Assembly: GCA_965205265.1 (NCBI GenBank)
Contig: CBDBGH010000003.1
Location: forward strand, 2,304,001 to 2,368,000
DNA: 64,000 nucleotides
Source: Alphaproteobacteria bacterium
GTDB lineage: Bacteria > Pseudomonadota > Alphaproteobacteria > Bin95
Direction of reading: 5' to 3'
Under the pieces are notes generated by a model that was given only the letters and a program-made list of their open reading frames with translations, was not told where the DNA came from and ran no database searches. Positions 11,673 to 22,546 of this stretch are shown here, piece after piece. The translations under genes were made by a program, and so were the position numbers. How positions within the stretch are numbered: the first letter of the stretch is position 1; each line of letters starts with the position of its first letter.

Positions 11673-13283
11673 CTAGCCATCCGTGCGAATCCGCTCGAAG
11701 CGATCCCTGTCAGCGCTCAGGCTCACCTGAATGAGCTCCAGGTGCTCCAGGTGAACCGACCAGATTCTGTTGCGCTCTCCGACCGGCCCTGCACCGAGCT
11801 TTTGCAGGAAGGCATCCAGGCGATGAATGTCGCGCTCCGGAATTAGCTTCCGCGGCAGACCGCGCGTCAGGCGACTCAGCGTCCTCCATAGCGGGAAGTC
11901 GATTCTCAATCGCGGCGTCCCGGGGAGCTTGTGCGCCGTCAGCGCGATATGGTCCGGGCGATAGTCGAAACACCTCTCCAGATACTCCGGCAGGCGGGGG
12001 ATTTCCGTGACCAGGTCCTCCGTGGCAACGCGTTCGGCGGCGACGAAGGACCGTGACGGCTGCTCGTGAAAGCGATGGCCGTTCCACAGGTACAGATGCT
12101 GTTCCCGGGAATCGAAGTCGAGCGGGCAGTACGCCGCGTTGATGGAGTCCACCAGATCGGCGACCAGCGTCTGACCGGAACCCCTTCGCCCGCCCAGGAG
12201 ATCTTCGAACTCCTTCTCGTCGGAATCGGCAAGCTCGAAGACTTCCTCGCCCTTCTCGTGCTCGAAATAGAACCTGCGCTTGAGCGCGGCGAAATCCTCC
12301 CAGTCGAGCGTCGGATGCGCCGCGACCACAGGCGGGCGCAGCATCCACCCTCCGCGCACCTCCGGCGCCCGGGCATCGAGTGCGGCATCCCATATCGGAT
12401 GGCTGCATCCCGCAGGATCGACCGCTTGCAGGGCCTCCGTGAAATCGAAGCGATCGTCCCGATCGAACAACGCCTCCGAATACCAGTCCGCGCGCTGATA
12501 GTCGCCGCGCTCCCCGCTTCCGAACACCATTCGCGCGAAAAGGATCCACAGTTCGCGCACCGTGGCTCGATGGCCCAGGGCCACCAGGCGCCCGGCCAGC
12601 GCTCTCAGCCGCGCGCGCACCCGCGATTGCGCGAGAAGTTCGGCGTTCCGACGGACGACAGTCTCTTCCGGACGCGCCAGGGCGGCCTGCAATCCGGCAT
12701 CGGCCAGCAGCTTGTCCAGCAATGCGTCGAAGAAATGGCCGCTCAGCGGGTTTCTCAGACTAAGGTCGATTACGACCAGCCCGCCGTCGGAGCCGACGCC
12801 AGGCCCGTCCCCGTAAGCGAGGCGATTCCTGAGTTGCCGCCCGACCTCCAACAGATGCGGAGCCGACCTGTCGGCCATCCGCAACTGATAGAGCGGGTAT
12901 TCGTTTGCAGCCAGGCAGAAGGGGCGCCCGTCCTCGACCGCATCGTGCCACTTCTCCAGAAGCGGCTGCGGATCGCCGCCCCTCATCTCGGCAGTCGCGT
13001 CCTCAACGACGACGGCCCCGGCACTCTCCAGGTCGCGCTTCACCTGACGCAGCAGATGCGTCTTTCCATCGCCGGCGTTGCCGGTCACGACGATACTCCT
13101 CCCCGCCGCCACCTGTTCGGCGAGAAATCGCTCGATATCGCTTTTGATGTGCAACCGCTCGAAGTCGTCTTCCGTCAACGCTTCCGCGATCGCTTCACGG
13201 CCCGCCGCGGCAAGCGTGCGCCACAAGGCCGTGCCGTCCGGTACGACCGCCTGCGGCGCGTCGCCGTTTCCCCCCGTGCTCAT
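11673..13283 (-). CDS. DptF/DndF-like P-loop ATP-binding protein (536 aa)
   Basis: VVTGNAGDGKTHLL Walker A, VVEDAT, CLAANE, VIDLSLR, KRRFYFE; start overlaps the upstream stop (ATGA). Confidence 0.75.
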   Translation of the reverse strand: MSTGGNGDAPQAVVPDGTALWRTLAAAGREAIAEALTEDDFERLHIKSDIERFLAEQVAAGRSIVVTGNAGDGKTHLLRQVKRDLESAGAVVVEDATAEMRGGDPQPLLEKWHDAVEDGRPFCLAANEYPLYQLRMADRSAPHLLEVGRQLRNRLAYGDGPGVGSDGGLVVIDLSLRNPLSGHFFDALLDKLLADAGLQAALARPEETVVRRNAELLAQSRVRARLRALAGRLVALGHRATVRELWILFARMVFGSGERGDYQRADWYSEALFDRDDRFDFTEALQAVDPAGCSHPIWDAALDARAPEVRGGWMLRPPVVAAHPTLDWEDFAALKRRFYFEHEKGEEVFELADSDEKEFEDLLGGRRGSGQTLVADLVDSINAAYCPLDFDSREQHLYLWNGHRFHEQPSRSFVAAERVATEDLVTEIPRLPEYLERCFDYRPDHIALTAHKLPGTPRLRIDFPLWRTLSRLTRGLPRKLIPERDIHRLDAFLQKLGAGPVGERNRIWSVHLEHLELIQVSLSADRDRFERIRTDG

Positions 13284-13704
13284 TCCATGAGCGCTCCCGT
13301 CGCCTTACCCACAACTTCTCCCAGGGGCACAAAGATGTCCTCTGGCAAGGCGGCCATTGTGGACTCGTGACGAAGCCGGCTGGCGAGCCAGCGCCGGCGC
13401 CAAAAGGCCGCGATGTGTTCCGTGGCTTCCTCGTACTCATCAGGTGCCGCGACATAGCCCGGCAGATCCCCGACACGCTCTTGCAGCCACTCCCGCGCCT
13501 CCGGAAACAACGGGGCGCCGTAGATCAGGCGATGATGTCGATGCTGGATCAGCTTGTCGGGATCGAATCCCAGGCGCCGCAACCCCATTTTCACCTTGCG
13601 GAGCTTTGGACTCGTCCCCTCCCCGAAGACGCTGTTCACCTCCTTGAAGTCGCGTTGGTGGGCCAGATAGGCGTCGATCGCCCTGCTAGTATCCGGCGAG
13701 AACT
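13280..13704 (-). pseudogene. C-terminal ~140 aa of a DruA (DUF4338)-like protein, 5' part lost at IS1634
   Basis: VNSVFGEGTSPKLRK and FWRRRWLASRL recalled as DruA C-terminal motifs. Confidence 0.62.
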
Positions 13705-15620
13705 CCTGACTTCGACGGTTGGGCTGACTTCTGACCGATCTCGCGTCTGGAGTTTTCAGTAAAGCCAATGAGTTGGCAGTTGCGGTGCGGTCAAGCTGCG
13801 TTGTAGTGCCTAGTAAATCTTTGAGACTGTCAATGCCTCCGCCACGCGCTACACTCCCCCCATGTTCGTGCGCATCAAGACCTCCCCCAACAGCCCGCGA
13901 CGCTCGGTCCAGATCGTCGAGGCCGTGCGCGACGGCGGCAAGGTCCGACAGCGCATCGTCCGCCATGTCGGCGTGGCCATGGACGAGGACGAGCTCGAGC
14001 GCCTGAGGCAGCTCGGCGAGTACGTCAAGGCGAAGCTGGAGGACGAGCGTCAGCCGGCATTGTTTGCGCCCGAGAAGATCGCTGAGCAGGCGATCCGTGT
14101 CGGCCGCCGGGGGGACGGCAAGGAGGAACTCCCGGTCGACCTCAAGCAGCTTGAAGAGGAGCAGCGCCTGATCACAGGCATCCACGAGGTCTATGGCGAG
14201 ATCTACCGGCTGCTGGGCCTCGACGCGCTGCTGCCGCGCTCGCGCTACCGGGCCTCCCATGACGCGCTGTTCCATGTGGTGATGGCGCGGGTAGCCAACC
14301 CCGACAGCAAGCGGGGCAGCGTGCGCCGGCTCGAGGAGGACTTCGGCGTGAGTCTTCCGCTCGAGAAGGTCTACCGGATGATGGATCAGCTCGACGCGAC
14401 GGTGATCGAGCGACTGCGCACGCGCGTCGGCGAGGCGAGCCGGTCGCTGCTGCCGGAGCCGGTCGCGATCCTCTTCTTCGATTGCACCACGCTCTACTTC
14501 GAGACGGCCGCCGAGGACGAGCTTCGCCAGCACGGCTTCAGCAAGGACGGCAAACACAAGGACTCGCAGGTTCTGCTGGCGCTGATGGTGACGCGCGAAG
14601 GGCTGCCGATCAGCTACGAGGTCTTCCCCGGCGCCACCTACGAGGGACACAGCATGGTCCCGGTCCTGCAGGACATGCAGCGCCGCCACCAGGTGGAGCG
14701 CACGGTATGCGTGGCCGACCGGGGCATGCTGAGCGCCGACAACCTCGACGCCATGGACGCCATCGGCGGCGAGTATGTCGTCGGCGCGCGGCTGCGCAAG
14801 CTGCCGCTCGCGCTGCTGGGGCAGGTTCTCGACCCCGGGACCTATGCCCCGCTGGAGGGCTCACAGGACCGCCGGGTCGGCGAGTGGGAGTACAAGGGCC
14901 GTCGCCTGATCGTCGTCTTCTGCCCCCAGCGCGCACGCAAGGACGCGCACGAGCGCCGCCATCAGGTGGAACGCCTGCTCGACAGGCTGGCCCGCAGCGA
15001 CAATCCCAGGGAACTGCTCTCCAATCACGGGGCGAAGCGCTTCATCGCCGTCGAGGGCGACGCACGGCTCACGGTGAACCCGGAGAAGATCGCCGAGGCC
15101 GCACGATGGGACGGGCTCACCGGCGTCATCACCAATCTGCGCGACGCGCGCGTCACCGAAGTGATGGCTCACTACCAGGGGCTCTGGCAGGTCGAGGAGA
15201 GCTTCCGGATCACCAAACACGACCTGAAGATACGTCCCATCTGGCACTGGAACCCGGACCGGATCCGCGCTCACATCGCCATCGCCTTCCTGGCCTTCGC
15301 CTGCGTTCGACACCTTGCGTACCGCGTCGCCATCCAGAAGCGGCGGATGTCCCCGGAGGTCATCCGCTCCGCCCTCGTCCACCGCCAGTGCTCCCTGCTG
15401 CGCTGTCGGCAATCGGGCAACCGCTACGTCATCCCCTCGAAGCCGACACCGGCGGCGGAGCAGATTTACGCAACCATGGGGCTGCCCCTGACGATCACCC
15501 CGTATCAACTCGCCTGACCGTCGACGAAGCACGGCTCGAAGAAATGCCGGATGTAGTGCCTAGCCGAAATGAGAACCAGGCAATATCAACTACTTATGCG
15601 AATCAACCGTCGAAGTCAGG
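13705..15620 (+). mobile_element. IS1634-family element copy 1 (1916 bp)
   Basis: Perfect inverted repeat CCTGACTTCGACGGTT; same element as 56200-58115; no flanking direct repeat. Confidence 0.93.
13862..15517 (+). CDS. IS1634 transposase
   Basis: FFDCTTLYFE, GFSKDGK, VADRGM, LWQVEESFRITK. Confidence 0.95.
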   Translation: MFVRIKTSPNSPRRSVQIVEAVRDGGKVRQRIVRHVGVAMDEDELERLRQLGEYVKAKLEDERQPALFAPEKIAEQAIRVGRRGDGKEELPVDLKQLEEEQRLITGIHEVYGEIYRLLGLDALLPRSRYRASHDALFHVVMARVANPDSKRGSVRRLEEDFGVSLPLEKVYRMMDQLDATVIERLRTRVGEASRSLLPEPVAILFFDCTTLYFETAAEDELRQHGFSKDGKHKDSQVLLALMVTREGLPISYEVFPGATYEGHSMVPVLQDMQRRHQVERTVCVADRGMLSADNLDAMDAIGGEYVVGARLRKLPLALLGQVLDPGTYAPLEGSQDRRVGEWEYKGRRLIVVFCPQRARKDAHERRHQVERLLDRLARSDNPRELLSNHGAKRFIAVEGDARLTVNPEKIAEAARWDGLTGVITNLRDARVTEVMAHYQGLWQVEESFRITKHDLKIRPIWHWNPDRIRAHIAIAFLAFACVRHLAYRVAIQKRRMSPEVIRSALVHRQCSLLRCRQSGNRYVIPSKPTPAAEQIYATMGLPLTITPYQLA

Positions 15621-15934
15621 AGTTGTTTGCGGATATCATGGATCGACAAGCCGTCGCGCCGCAGCTCGAGAATGCGACTGCGGAGGTCGTCGGTCTTGTT
15701 CGGCCTCTCTGTCGGCGGCGGCTTCGCTGTCTCGGGTGAAGGAAACAGGAAGTTGGGGTCGTCGGTGTTGAGGAACTGCGAGCGCAGATTGCGCAGGGAT
15801 CCCTCCGCGTACCCGAAGCGCTGCGCGGCTTCGGCGGTCGAGCATCCCTCGACGAAACAGGCGCGCAGGGCTTCGTAGCGCCGTTGGTGTGCATTTGCCG
15901 GTTCAAGAAAGCGGCGGGCATGATCGTATGTCAT
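15621..15934 (-). pseudogene. N-terminal HTH fragment of a probable transposase, cut by IS1634
   Basis: RRYEALRACFVEG...AAQRFGY; frame runs into the IS end. Confidence 0.55.
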
Positions 15935-16391
15935 ATCTATAACTGAACATTGAATATTTTTACATACATGTGTGATGGGCGCCCGTTTGTCAAGAACTTA
16001 CTTTACCGTCGTGCGTTTCCGGCCAGGAGGGTATCGTGAACGTCATGGAGATCAAGGCTATGGCAAGACACGTCCTGCCTGGTCGCGGCTATCCACATGT
16101 CGTTGTTTAAAAGTCAAAAAGAGGCTGTGCCTGGTAGCAACGTTGCTGCGCTCGGGAGTCTTGACAAGAGCCGTCATCGGGAGATTTCAGCATGCCATCA
16201 GACACCGGAACGGCGGTGGCTGTCGCTCGGTGAGCATGGGCGTCTCGGGGCTGAAACAATGTAACGGCTGTTTATTGTATTCAAATATAGGTAACGTGTA
16301 TGATATTCTGTGCGCGGGATGTTCAGGACACACCGATGGTCTGGCAAAATTTCAAGGCCAGATTGTCATACCGGGTGCTATTCTTGGGAAT

Positions 16392-17840
16392 TCAGGCTAG
16401 GGAACGCATGCGCTCGGGGCGGCCGGCGCGGGCCTGGGCGAGAGCCATCGCCATCATCACCGCCAGGGCGAGGGCGAGGCGGGTCTTCATCCTGGCGCGG
16501 CCTCGGATGTAGTGGGTCTCGAAGTTGAAGCTGTTGTCGAGGCGGCTGTTGATCCGCTCCATGGCCGAGCGGCGGTTATAGCCGCGCCGCCATGACGGGC
16601 TGCCCCAAGGCGTGGGGGTGAAGATGCGCCGGTCGTGGCTGTCGAGGTCGATGCGCAGGATGCGGCCATAGTCTCCGGGCTTGACCCCGCCGGCCCGGTG
16701 GCAGGCCCGGCTGCCGGCGCAGGCGAAGCCGAAGGCGGCTGCCGGGCAGCGGTATTTGAGCGTGCCGCAGCGGCCTCGATCAGCCTCGAACCCCTGAAAC
16801 GCCATGGCGCGGACCTCGCCGGTCCCGGGACAGACGCAGGACACCCGGCCGCGCTCGTCGTGAACGATGACATCGGCGCGGTCGGGGAACAGCGGCCGCG
16901 TGATCGGCTGCGCCGGATCGTATCTCGGCTCCTGCTTCTCCACCCGCCACATCAGCCGTGTATCGATCAGCGGGCGGGCGGTCCACCGGTCCCACAGCCG
17001 CGCCTTCAGGCGGGCATCGTCGAGACCGCGGTCGGCGCTGAAGTCGGCGCAGCGCCCGGCCATCTCCGGCGCCCTTGCGAACAGCTCCTCCAGCATCCCG
17101 GACAGCACCTTGGGTTCCGAGGCCGAAGCGCGCGTCACCTCGAAGGCCACCGGAACCTCGTAATCGGTGTCGGCGATCAGGTGCAGCCCGTAGCCGAACC
17201 ACGACTTCACCTTCTTCCACACCGCGCCGGTCCTGGCGTCCACCCCACCCGTCTCGTGCTTGCCCCAGTCGGCGTCGGGGTCCGAGGTCTTGTCCTCGTC
17301 CTTGCCGACCCGGCCCGTCGAGTGGCTCGCGATCGCCTTGCCGTCGTAGCCGAGATGACGCCCGAAGTCCGGCAACGCGGCGAACAGCGAAGCGCGCAGG
17401 CTCTCGATCATGGCGGACACCAGACCCTGCTCGTCCTCAAGCTGCACAACACGCCCCAGGAACCGCGAGAAGTTCCAGTGGCTCGGCGCCGTCGAACGAA
17501 CCCGCGCCGGGCGCGTGACCGCATGCCCGTCGTGAAGCACCGTCACCGGCCCGCTCTGATACGGCAGAGGGTCGAACCCGCAGATCTCCAGCAACGCCGG
17601 GTTGCGCCCCAGCTCCCGCAACAGCGACTGCATCGAGGCGTGTTGCAACACCACCCCCGCGATCAGCGCCCGCCACATCGCCCGCACCGGGTAGTCGTTA
17701 CGGCCCCGACCGCGACACACTTCAAGCGCCGTCACGATCTCCTCGTCGGGAAGCACCTCCAGAACCAGGCGCAGCCGTTCAAGGTCCGGCAGGACTTCGA
17801 CATCGCGCCACAAAAAGGGGAGCTTCTCCGCCGTCGCCAT
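16392..17840 (-). CDS. DDE transposase (IS1182/IS5-like)
   Basis: GRGRNDYPV, DGKAI, DPDADWG, FGYGLH, ADRGLD, YNRRSAMERINSRL. Confidence 0.8.
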   Translation of the reverse strand: MATAEKLPFLWRDVEVLPDLERLRLVLEVLPDEEIVTALEVCRGRGRNDYPVRAMWRALIAGVVLQHASMQSLLRELGRNPALLEICGFDPLPYQSGPVTVLHDGHAVTRPARVRSTAPSHWNFSRFLGRVVQLEDEQGLVSAMIESLRASLFAALPDFGRHLGYDGKAIASHSTGRVGKDEDKTSDPDADWGKHETGGVDARTGAVWKKVKSWFGYGLHLIADTDYEVPVAFEVTRASASEPKVLSGMLEELFARAPEMAGRCADFSADRGLDDARLKARLWDRWTARPLIDTRLMWRVEKQEPRYDPAQPITRPLFPDRADVIVHDERGRVSCVCPGTGEVRAMAFQGFEADRGRCGTLKYRCPAAAFGFACAGSRACHRAGGVKPGDYGRILRIDLDSHDRRIFTPTPWGSPSWRRGYNRRSAMERINSRLDNSFNFETHYIRGRARMKTRLALALAVMMAMALAQARAGRPERMRSLA

Positions 17841-18167
17841 CGCTGTTCTCCCGACCAGGGGGGGGGAACAAGGGCCCCAGGGCCCGATGGCGACACCTTC
17901 TATCTCATGCGCACAATCAGGGCGCGCGAGGCCGCCGCAGGCAAACCTCGCTGCCAAGACGCCGCGACCATCGGCGTGGGGTGAAAATCGCCAAAACGCC
18001 CGCCGCAGCGAAACTGAAACCCAGGATATCAACAACCACCACGGGGTATCAAAAATCTCGCGCCTCCGTGAACGCCTTGTAAATCAACCCGTCCCCGACA
18101 GCGCACACGCCTCAAACCGTGGGTGGATTCGGTGGTGACGGTCGCGCCGAAGTCTACACGGCTGTAT

Positions 18168-19620
18168 GGTCGTGCCCCCAGGCGTGGTGTAGGAGCAGGA
18201 GCCACCATCGGTAGCTGTGGGTAAGTGGCCCGGCGCCGCGACCGTGTGGAGTCTGGCGGCGGCGGGCCACTTATCCATAGCGGATGGCCATCGCGGTGCC
18301 GGTTAGGGTTGGGCTTCTACAGTCCATCCGACCGGAGGAGTACCACGATGACCACCAAGGACATGATGACCCTGCGGGCGCTTTTGGAGAAGAGTTCGGA
18401 CGCCGATCTGCTTCGCGAGATGATCGGGTTCACGGCCGAGCGTTTGATGGCGCTTGAGGTGGAGGGCCTTGCGGGAGCCGCACACGGCGAGCGTTCGCCG
18501 GACCGGCTCACCCATCGCAACGGCTACCGGGACCGGGTCTGGGAGACGCGCGCGGGCACGGTGGAGCTGAAGATCCCGAAGCTGCGCAAGGGGAGCTGCT
18601 TCCCGGGCTTCCTGGAGCCGCGTCGCATGGCGGAGAAGGCGCTGACGGCGGTGATCCAGGAGGCCTACATCAAGGGCGTGTCGACCCGCTCGGTGGACGA
18701 CCTGGTGCAGGCCATGGGCATGTCGGGCATCTCGAAGAGCCAGGTGTCGCGGCTGTGCGGTGAGATCGACGGCAAGATCCGCGACTTCCTCGACCGCCCG
18801 CTGGAGGGCGACTGGCCGTATCTGTGGCTGGACGCGACCTATGTGAAGATGCGCGAGGCCGGGCGCGTCGTCTCGGTCGCGGTCACGATCGCGGTGGCGG
18901 TCAACGACCAGGGCCGCCGCGAGGTGCTCGGCATGGCGATCGGCGCGTCCGAGGCCGAGACCTTCTGGACCTCCTTCCTGCGCTCCCTGGCCCGCCGCGG
19001 CCTGCGCGGCGTCAAGCTGGTCGTCTCCGATGACCACAAGGGCCTGAAGGCGGCTGCAACGCGCGTCCTCGGCGCCACATGGCAGCGCTGCCGCGTCCAC
19101 TTCATGCGCACCCTGCTCGCCCATGCCGGCAAGCAGGGCCGGCGCGTCGTGTCCGCCTTCGTCACCACCGCCTTCGCCCAGGAGGATGCAGACAGCGCCT
19201 CCGCCCAGTGGCGCCAGGTCGCCGACCAGCTCAGGGCCAAGGCGCCGAAGCTCGCCGCTCTCATGGACGAGGCCGAGCACGACGTTCTCGCCGACATGAC
19301 CTTCCCGGCCGCGCATCGCCCCAAGCTGCACTCGACAAACCCGCTCGAACGACTCCATGGCGAGATCAAGCGGCGTACCAACACCGTCGGCATCTTCCCC
19401 AACGAGGACGCCATAACACGGCTGATCGGCGCCATCCTGCTCGAGCAGAACGACGAATGGGCCGTCCAGAGGGCCAGATACATGACGCTGGAATCGATCG
19501 CTCCCGTGAGCGACAATGCAACCGTCAAGCTGCCCGCCGTGGCAGCCTGAGCCTACCGGCCCTACCCGCCGGATACCGCGACGGCCGCCAGGCTCTTACA
19601 CCACGGCTCGGGACACGATC
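18168..19620 (+). mobile_element. IS256-family element
   Basis: Inverted repeats GGTCGTGCCCCCAGGCGTGGTGTA / GATCGTGTCCCGAGCCGTGGTGTA; 9-bp target duplication CGGCTGTAT. Confidence 0.93.
18348..19550 (+). CDS. IS256 transposase
   Basis: [26 protein letters not shown]; GGAGGAG RBS. Confidence 0.95.
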   Translation: MTTKDMMTLRALLEKSSDADLLREMIGFTAERLMALEVEGLAGAAHGERSPDRLTHRNGYRDRVWETRAGTVELKIPKLRKGSCFPGFLEPRRMAEKALTAVIQEAYIKGVSTRSVDDLVQAMGMSGISKSQVSRLCGEIDGKIRDFLDRPLEGDWPYLWLDATYVKMREAGRVVSVAVTIAVAVNDQGRREVLGMAIGASEAETFWTSFLRSLARRGLRGVKLVVSDDHKGLKAAATRVLGATWQRCRVHFMRTLLAHAGKQGRRVVSAFVTTAFAQEDADSASAQWRQVADQLRAKAPKLAALMDEAEHDVLADMTFPAAHRPKLHSTNPLERLHGEIKRRTNTVGIFPNEDAITRLIGAILLEQNDEWAVQRARYMTLESIAPVSDNATVKLPAVAA

Positions 19621-19924
19621 CGGCTGTATGCGTGCGGAAGAACCATGGAACAGTCAGGCTGCGGCAAGCTCGGAAGCCCTCGGTAATCGGCATTCGGGCA
19701 TTGTCGCTATTCATCTATCGCTCGCGGCAATCGTCATGACCTCGACTCCCCGGTACCGGATTGCGGTCGCACGACGGGCAGTAAACTGTCCAGACCCGTT
19801 GCATGGCAAAACGGAAGCCGAATGCAAGGCAACTTCCACCGTCATCCGTATCTCCGGTGACGACGGGGTTGCCGCATTGCCTTACCGGCATGGACCATCG
19901 CCTGCCTGACGAAACGGAGAAGCC

Positions 19925-20227
19925 ATGGACCTTGATGTCGAACGCCTCCTCGGCGCCGTGGAGCGCACGGTGTCGTCCCTGGACCGCGACGGACAGGCCG
20001 CGCGCGCGGTCACCCTCGCCCGTGGCTACGCGACGACAGTGGAGGATCTCTGGGACGCCGTGACGAACACGGAACGAATCCGACGCTGGTTCCTGCCGGT
20101 CAGCGGCCGCCTCGAACCCGGCGGCCGCTTCCAGCTGGAGGGAAACGCAGGCGGCACGATCATGCACTGCAAGCCTCCCGCATATCTCGGCCTGACGTGG
20201 GAGCTCGGCGGTGACGTGGTGAGCTGG
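19925..20227 (+). pseudogene. SRPBCC/AHSA1-domain gene truncated by IS66
   Basis: VEDLWDAVT...RRWFLPVSG...GGRFQLEGNAGG; cut at GTAAGC (20228). Confidence 0.8.
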
Positions 20228-20322
20228 GTAAGCCTACGTCGTAGACCGCCTGTCGGTTTTGTCGTGTATTGGCGAGTTTTGGCGCTCAGGGATGGGCGCG
20301 CGTGGGTGTCCATCAGGGATAA

Positions 20323-20742
20323 GTGGACACTATGCGTATGTCGGACGCGGATCATTCGGGGGCGGGGGGCGAGGTTCGGTTTCGCCGCCGTCGCCGTCGC
20401 TGGAGCGAGGCGCGCAAGCGGCAGATCGTGACGGAGAGCTACCAGCCGGGGATTTCGGTTTCGGTGGTGGCGCGGCGTCATGACGTGAACGCGAACCTGG
20501 TCTTCAGCTGGCGCCGCCAGTATCGGGAACTGGCGAGAGTGGTGGGCGGCTTCGTCCCGGTGGTCGTCTCTTCGATGGAGGGGGCGGACCCGGCGAAGCT
20601 GCTGCCGGCGCCGCCGGCTATCGAGGCGTCTTCCTCCGGGCGTATGGAGATTGCCCTGGCGGACGGCTCGCGTGTGACGGTCGACCGGGATGTGGACGCG
20701 GCGGCTCTGTCGCGGGTTCTCGGGGTTCTGGAGCGGCGATGA
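20323..20742 (+). CDS. tnpA: IS66 accessory TnpA
   Basis: RRRWS...[21 protein letters not shown]. Confidence 0.9.
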   Translation: MDTMRMSDADHSGAGGEVRFRRRRRRWSEARKRQIVTESYQPGISVSVVARRHDVNANLVFSWRRQYRELARVVGGFVPVVVSSMEGADPAKLLPAPPAIEASSSGRMEIALADGSRVTVDRDVDAAALSRVLGVLERR

Positions 20743-21086
20743 TCCCGGTTCCGAGCGGAGCGCGGGTGTGGCTGGCGACCGGCGTGACGGACATGCGGCG
20801 CGGGATGAACACGCTGGCGCTGCAGGTCCAGCAGGGTCTCGGGCGGGACCCGCATGCGGGCGATCTCTTCATATTCCGCGGACGCAAGGGCGACCTCGTG
20901 AAGATTCTCTGGACCGACGGGATCGGCACGTCGCTCTACGCCAAGCGCCTGGAGCGCGGCCGGTTCCCCTGGCCTTCGGCTTCGGGCGAGGCGGTGTCGA
21001 TCAGCGCGGCGCAGCTCGGCTACCTGCTTGAGGGGATCGACTGGCGCAACCCGGTGCGGACCTGGCGTCCGTCGCGGGCCGGCTGA
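20739..21086 (+). CDS. tnpB: IS66 accessory TnpB
   Basis: [28 protein letters not shown]. Confidence 0.93.
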   Translation: MIPVPSGARVWLATGVTDMRRGMNTLALQVQQGLGRDPHAGDLFIFRGRKGDLVKILWTDGIGTSLYAKRLERGRFPWPSASGEAVSISAAQLGYLLEGIDWRNPVRTWRPSRAG

Positions 21087-22546
21087 CGGGCGGCAAATGG
21101 ACTCACCGGACAGGATCGGCATGGCGGCGCAGCGGTTGTTGTGATTCGCTTCCGGGCATGCCGGACGGATCGGACATCGACGCGCTGAAGGCCGCGCTGG
21201 CGGCGGCCGAGACCCGGGCTACGAACGCCGAGGCGCAGATCGCCGCCCTGAAGCTGATGATCGAGAAGCTGCGCCGCGCGCTTTTCGGCCAGCGTTCGGA
21301 GCGCAAGCAGCGGCTTCTCGACCAGATGGAACTCCAGCTCGACGAGCTCGAGGCGAGCGCGACCGAGGACGAGCTGGCGGCCGAACAGGCGGCGGCCGGC
21401 GCGACCCGGGTCAAGGGCTTCACCCGCCGCCGCCGGTTCGGGCGCAAGCCGTTCCCCGCGCATCTGCCGCGCGAGCGCGTGGTGGTGACGCCGCCGGACG
21501 CCTGCGCATGCTGCGGCTCGCAGAAGCTCTCCAGGATCGGCGAGGACGTCACCGAGACGCTGGAGGTCATTCCGCGCCAGTGGAAGGTGATCCAGACGGT
21601 GCGCGAGAAGTTCACATGCCGCGATTGCGAGAAGATCAGCCAGCCGCCGGCGCCGTTCCACCCGACGCCGCGCGGCTGGGCGGGCCCCAACCTGCTCGCG
21701 ACGATCGTCTTCGAGAAGTATGGGCAGCACCAGCCGCTGAACCGCCAGCGCGACCGCTTCGCGCGCGAAGGCGTCGACCTCAGCCTGTCGACCCTGGCCG
21801 ACCAGGTCGGCGCCTGCACGGTGGCGCTGAGGCCGCTGCACGACCTGATCGCATCGCATGTCATGGCGGCCGAACGCCTGCATGGCGACGACACGCCGGT
21901 GCCGGTGCTGGCCAGGGGCAAGACCGACAAGGGCCGGGCCTGGGTCTATGTCCGCGACGACCGGCCGTTCGGCGGTCCGGACCCGCCGGCGGCCCTGTTC
22001 CGCTACTCGCGGAACCGCTCCGGCGATCATCCGGTCGAGCACCTGGAGAGCTTCGCCGGCATCCTCCAGGCCGACAGTTTCGCCGGCTACAACCGCCTCT
22101 ACGCGGCCACGCGGCTGCCCGGGCCTGTCACCGAAGTTCCCTGTTGGGCGCATGGTCGACGCAAATTCTTCGAACTCGCCGACATTGCCGCCGGCAAGGG
22201 GCGCAGGAACGCGCCGCCGATCTCGCCGCTGGCGATGGAAGCCGTGAAGCGGATCGACCTGCTGTTCGACATCGAGCGCGACATCAACGGCAAGACCGTC
22301 GCGCGGCGCCATGCCGTCCGCCAGGAGCTGAGCGCGCCGCTCGTCGCCGAACTCGAGACCTGGATGAAGGCCGAACGCGCCAGGCTCTCCCGTCATGCCC
22401 CCGTCGCCAAGGCCATGGACTACATGCTCAGACGATGGGACCGCTTCGCCCGCTTCCTCGACGACGGGCGCATCTGCCTCTCGAACAATGCCGCTGAAAG
22501 GGCGCTCAGGGGTATTGCGACGATGGAGTCATTCTGCACCCCCTCT

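Larger units (their letters stand above)
9277..11680 (-). pseudogene. DptG-sized hypothetical protein (~449 aa reconstructed), split by IS630
   Basis: ATG at 11680 overlaps the upstream stop; MARARRT...HFATSFLL joins ALTGRYYRLE in frame across CTAG; C-terminus LVRLGLAVEPSDG resembles the DptG-type tail. Confidence 0.75.

Noticed and set aside
13280-14689. 469-aa ORF as a single gene
   Set aside because: Chimera of IS1634 antisense sequence and the druA-like tail
15935-16390. AT-rich tract and 142-aa ORF
   Set aside because: No convincing protein motif or definable IR pair; probably IS end or promoter sequence
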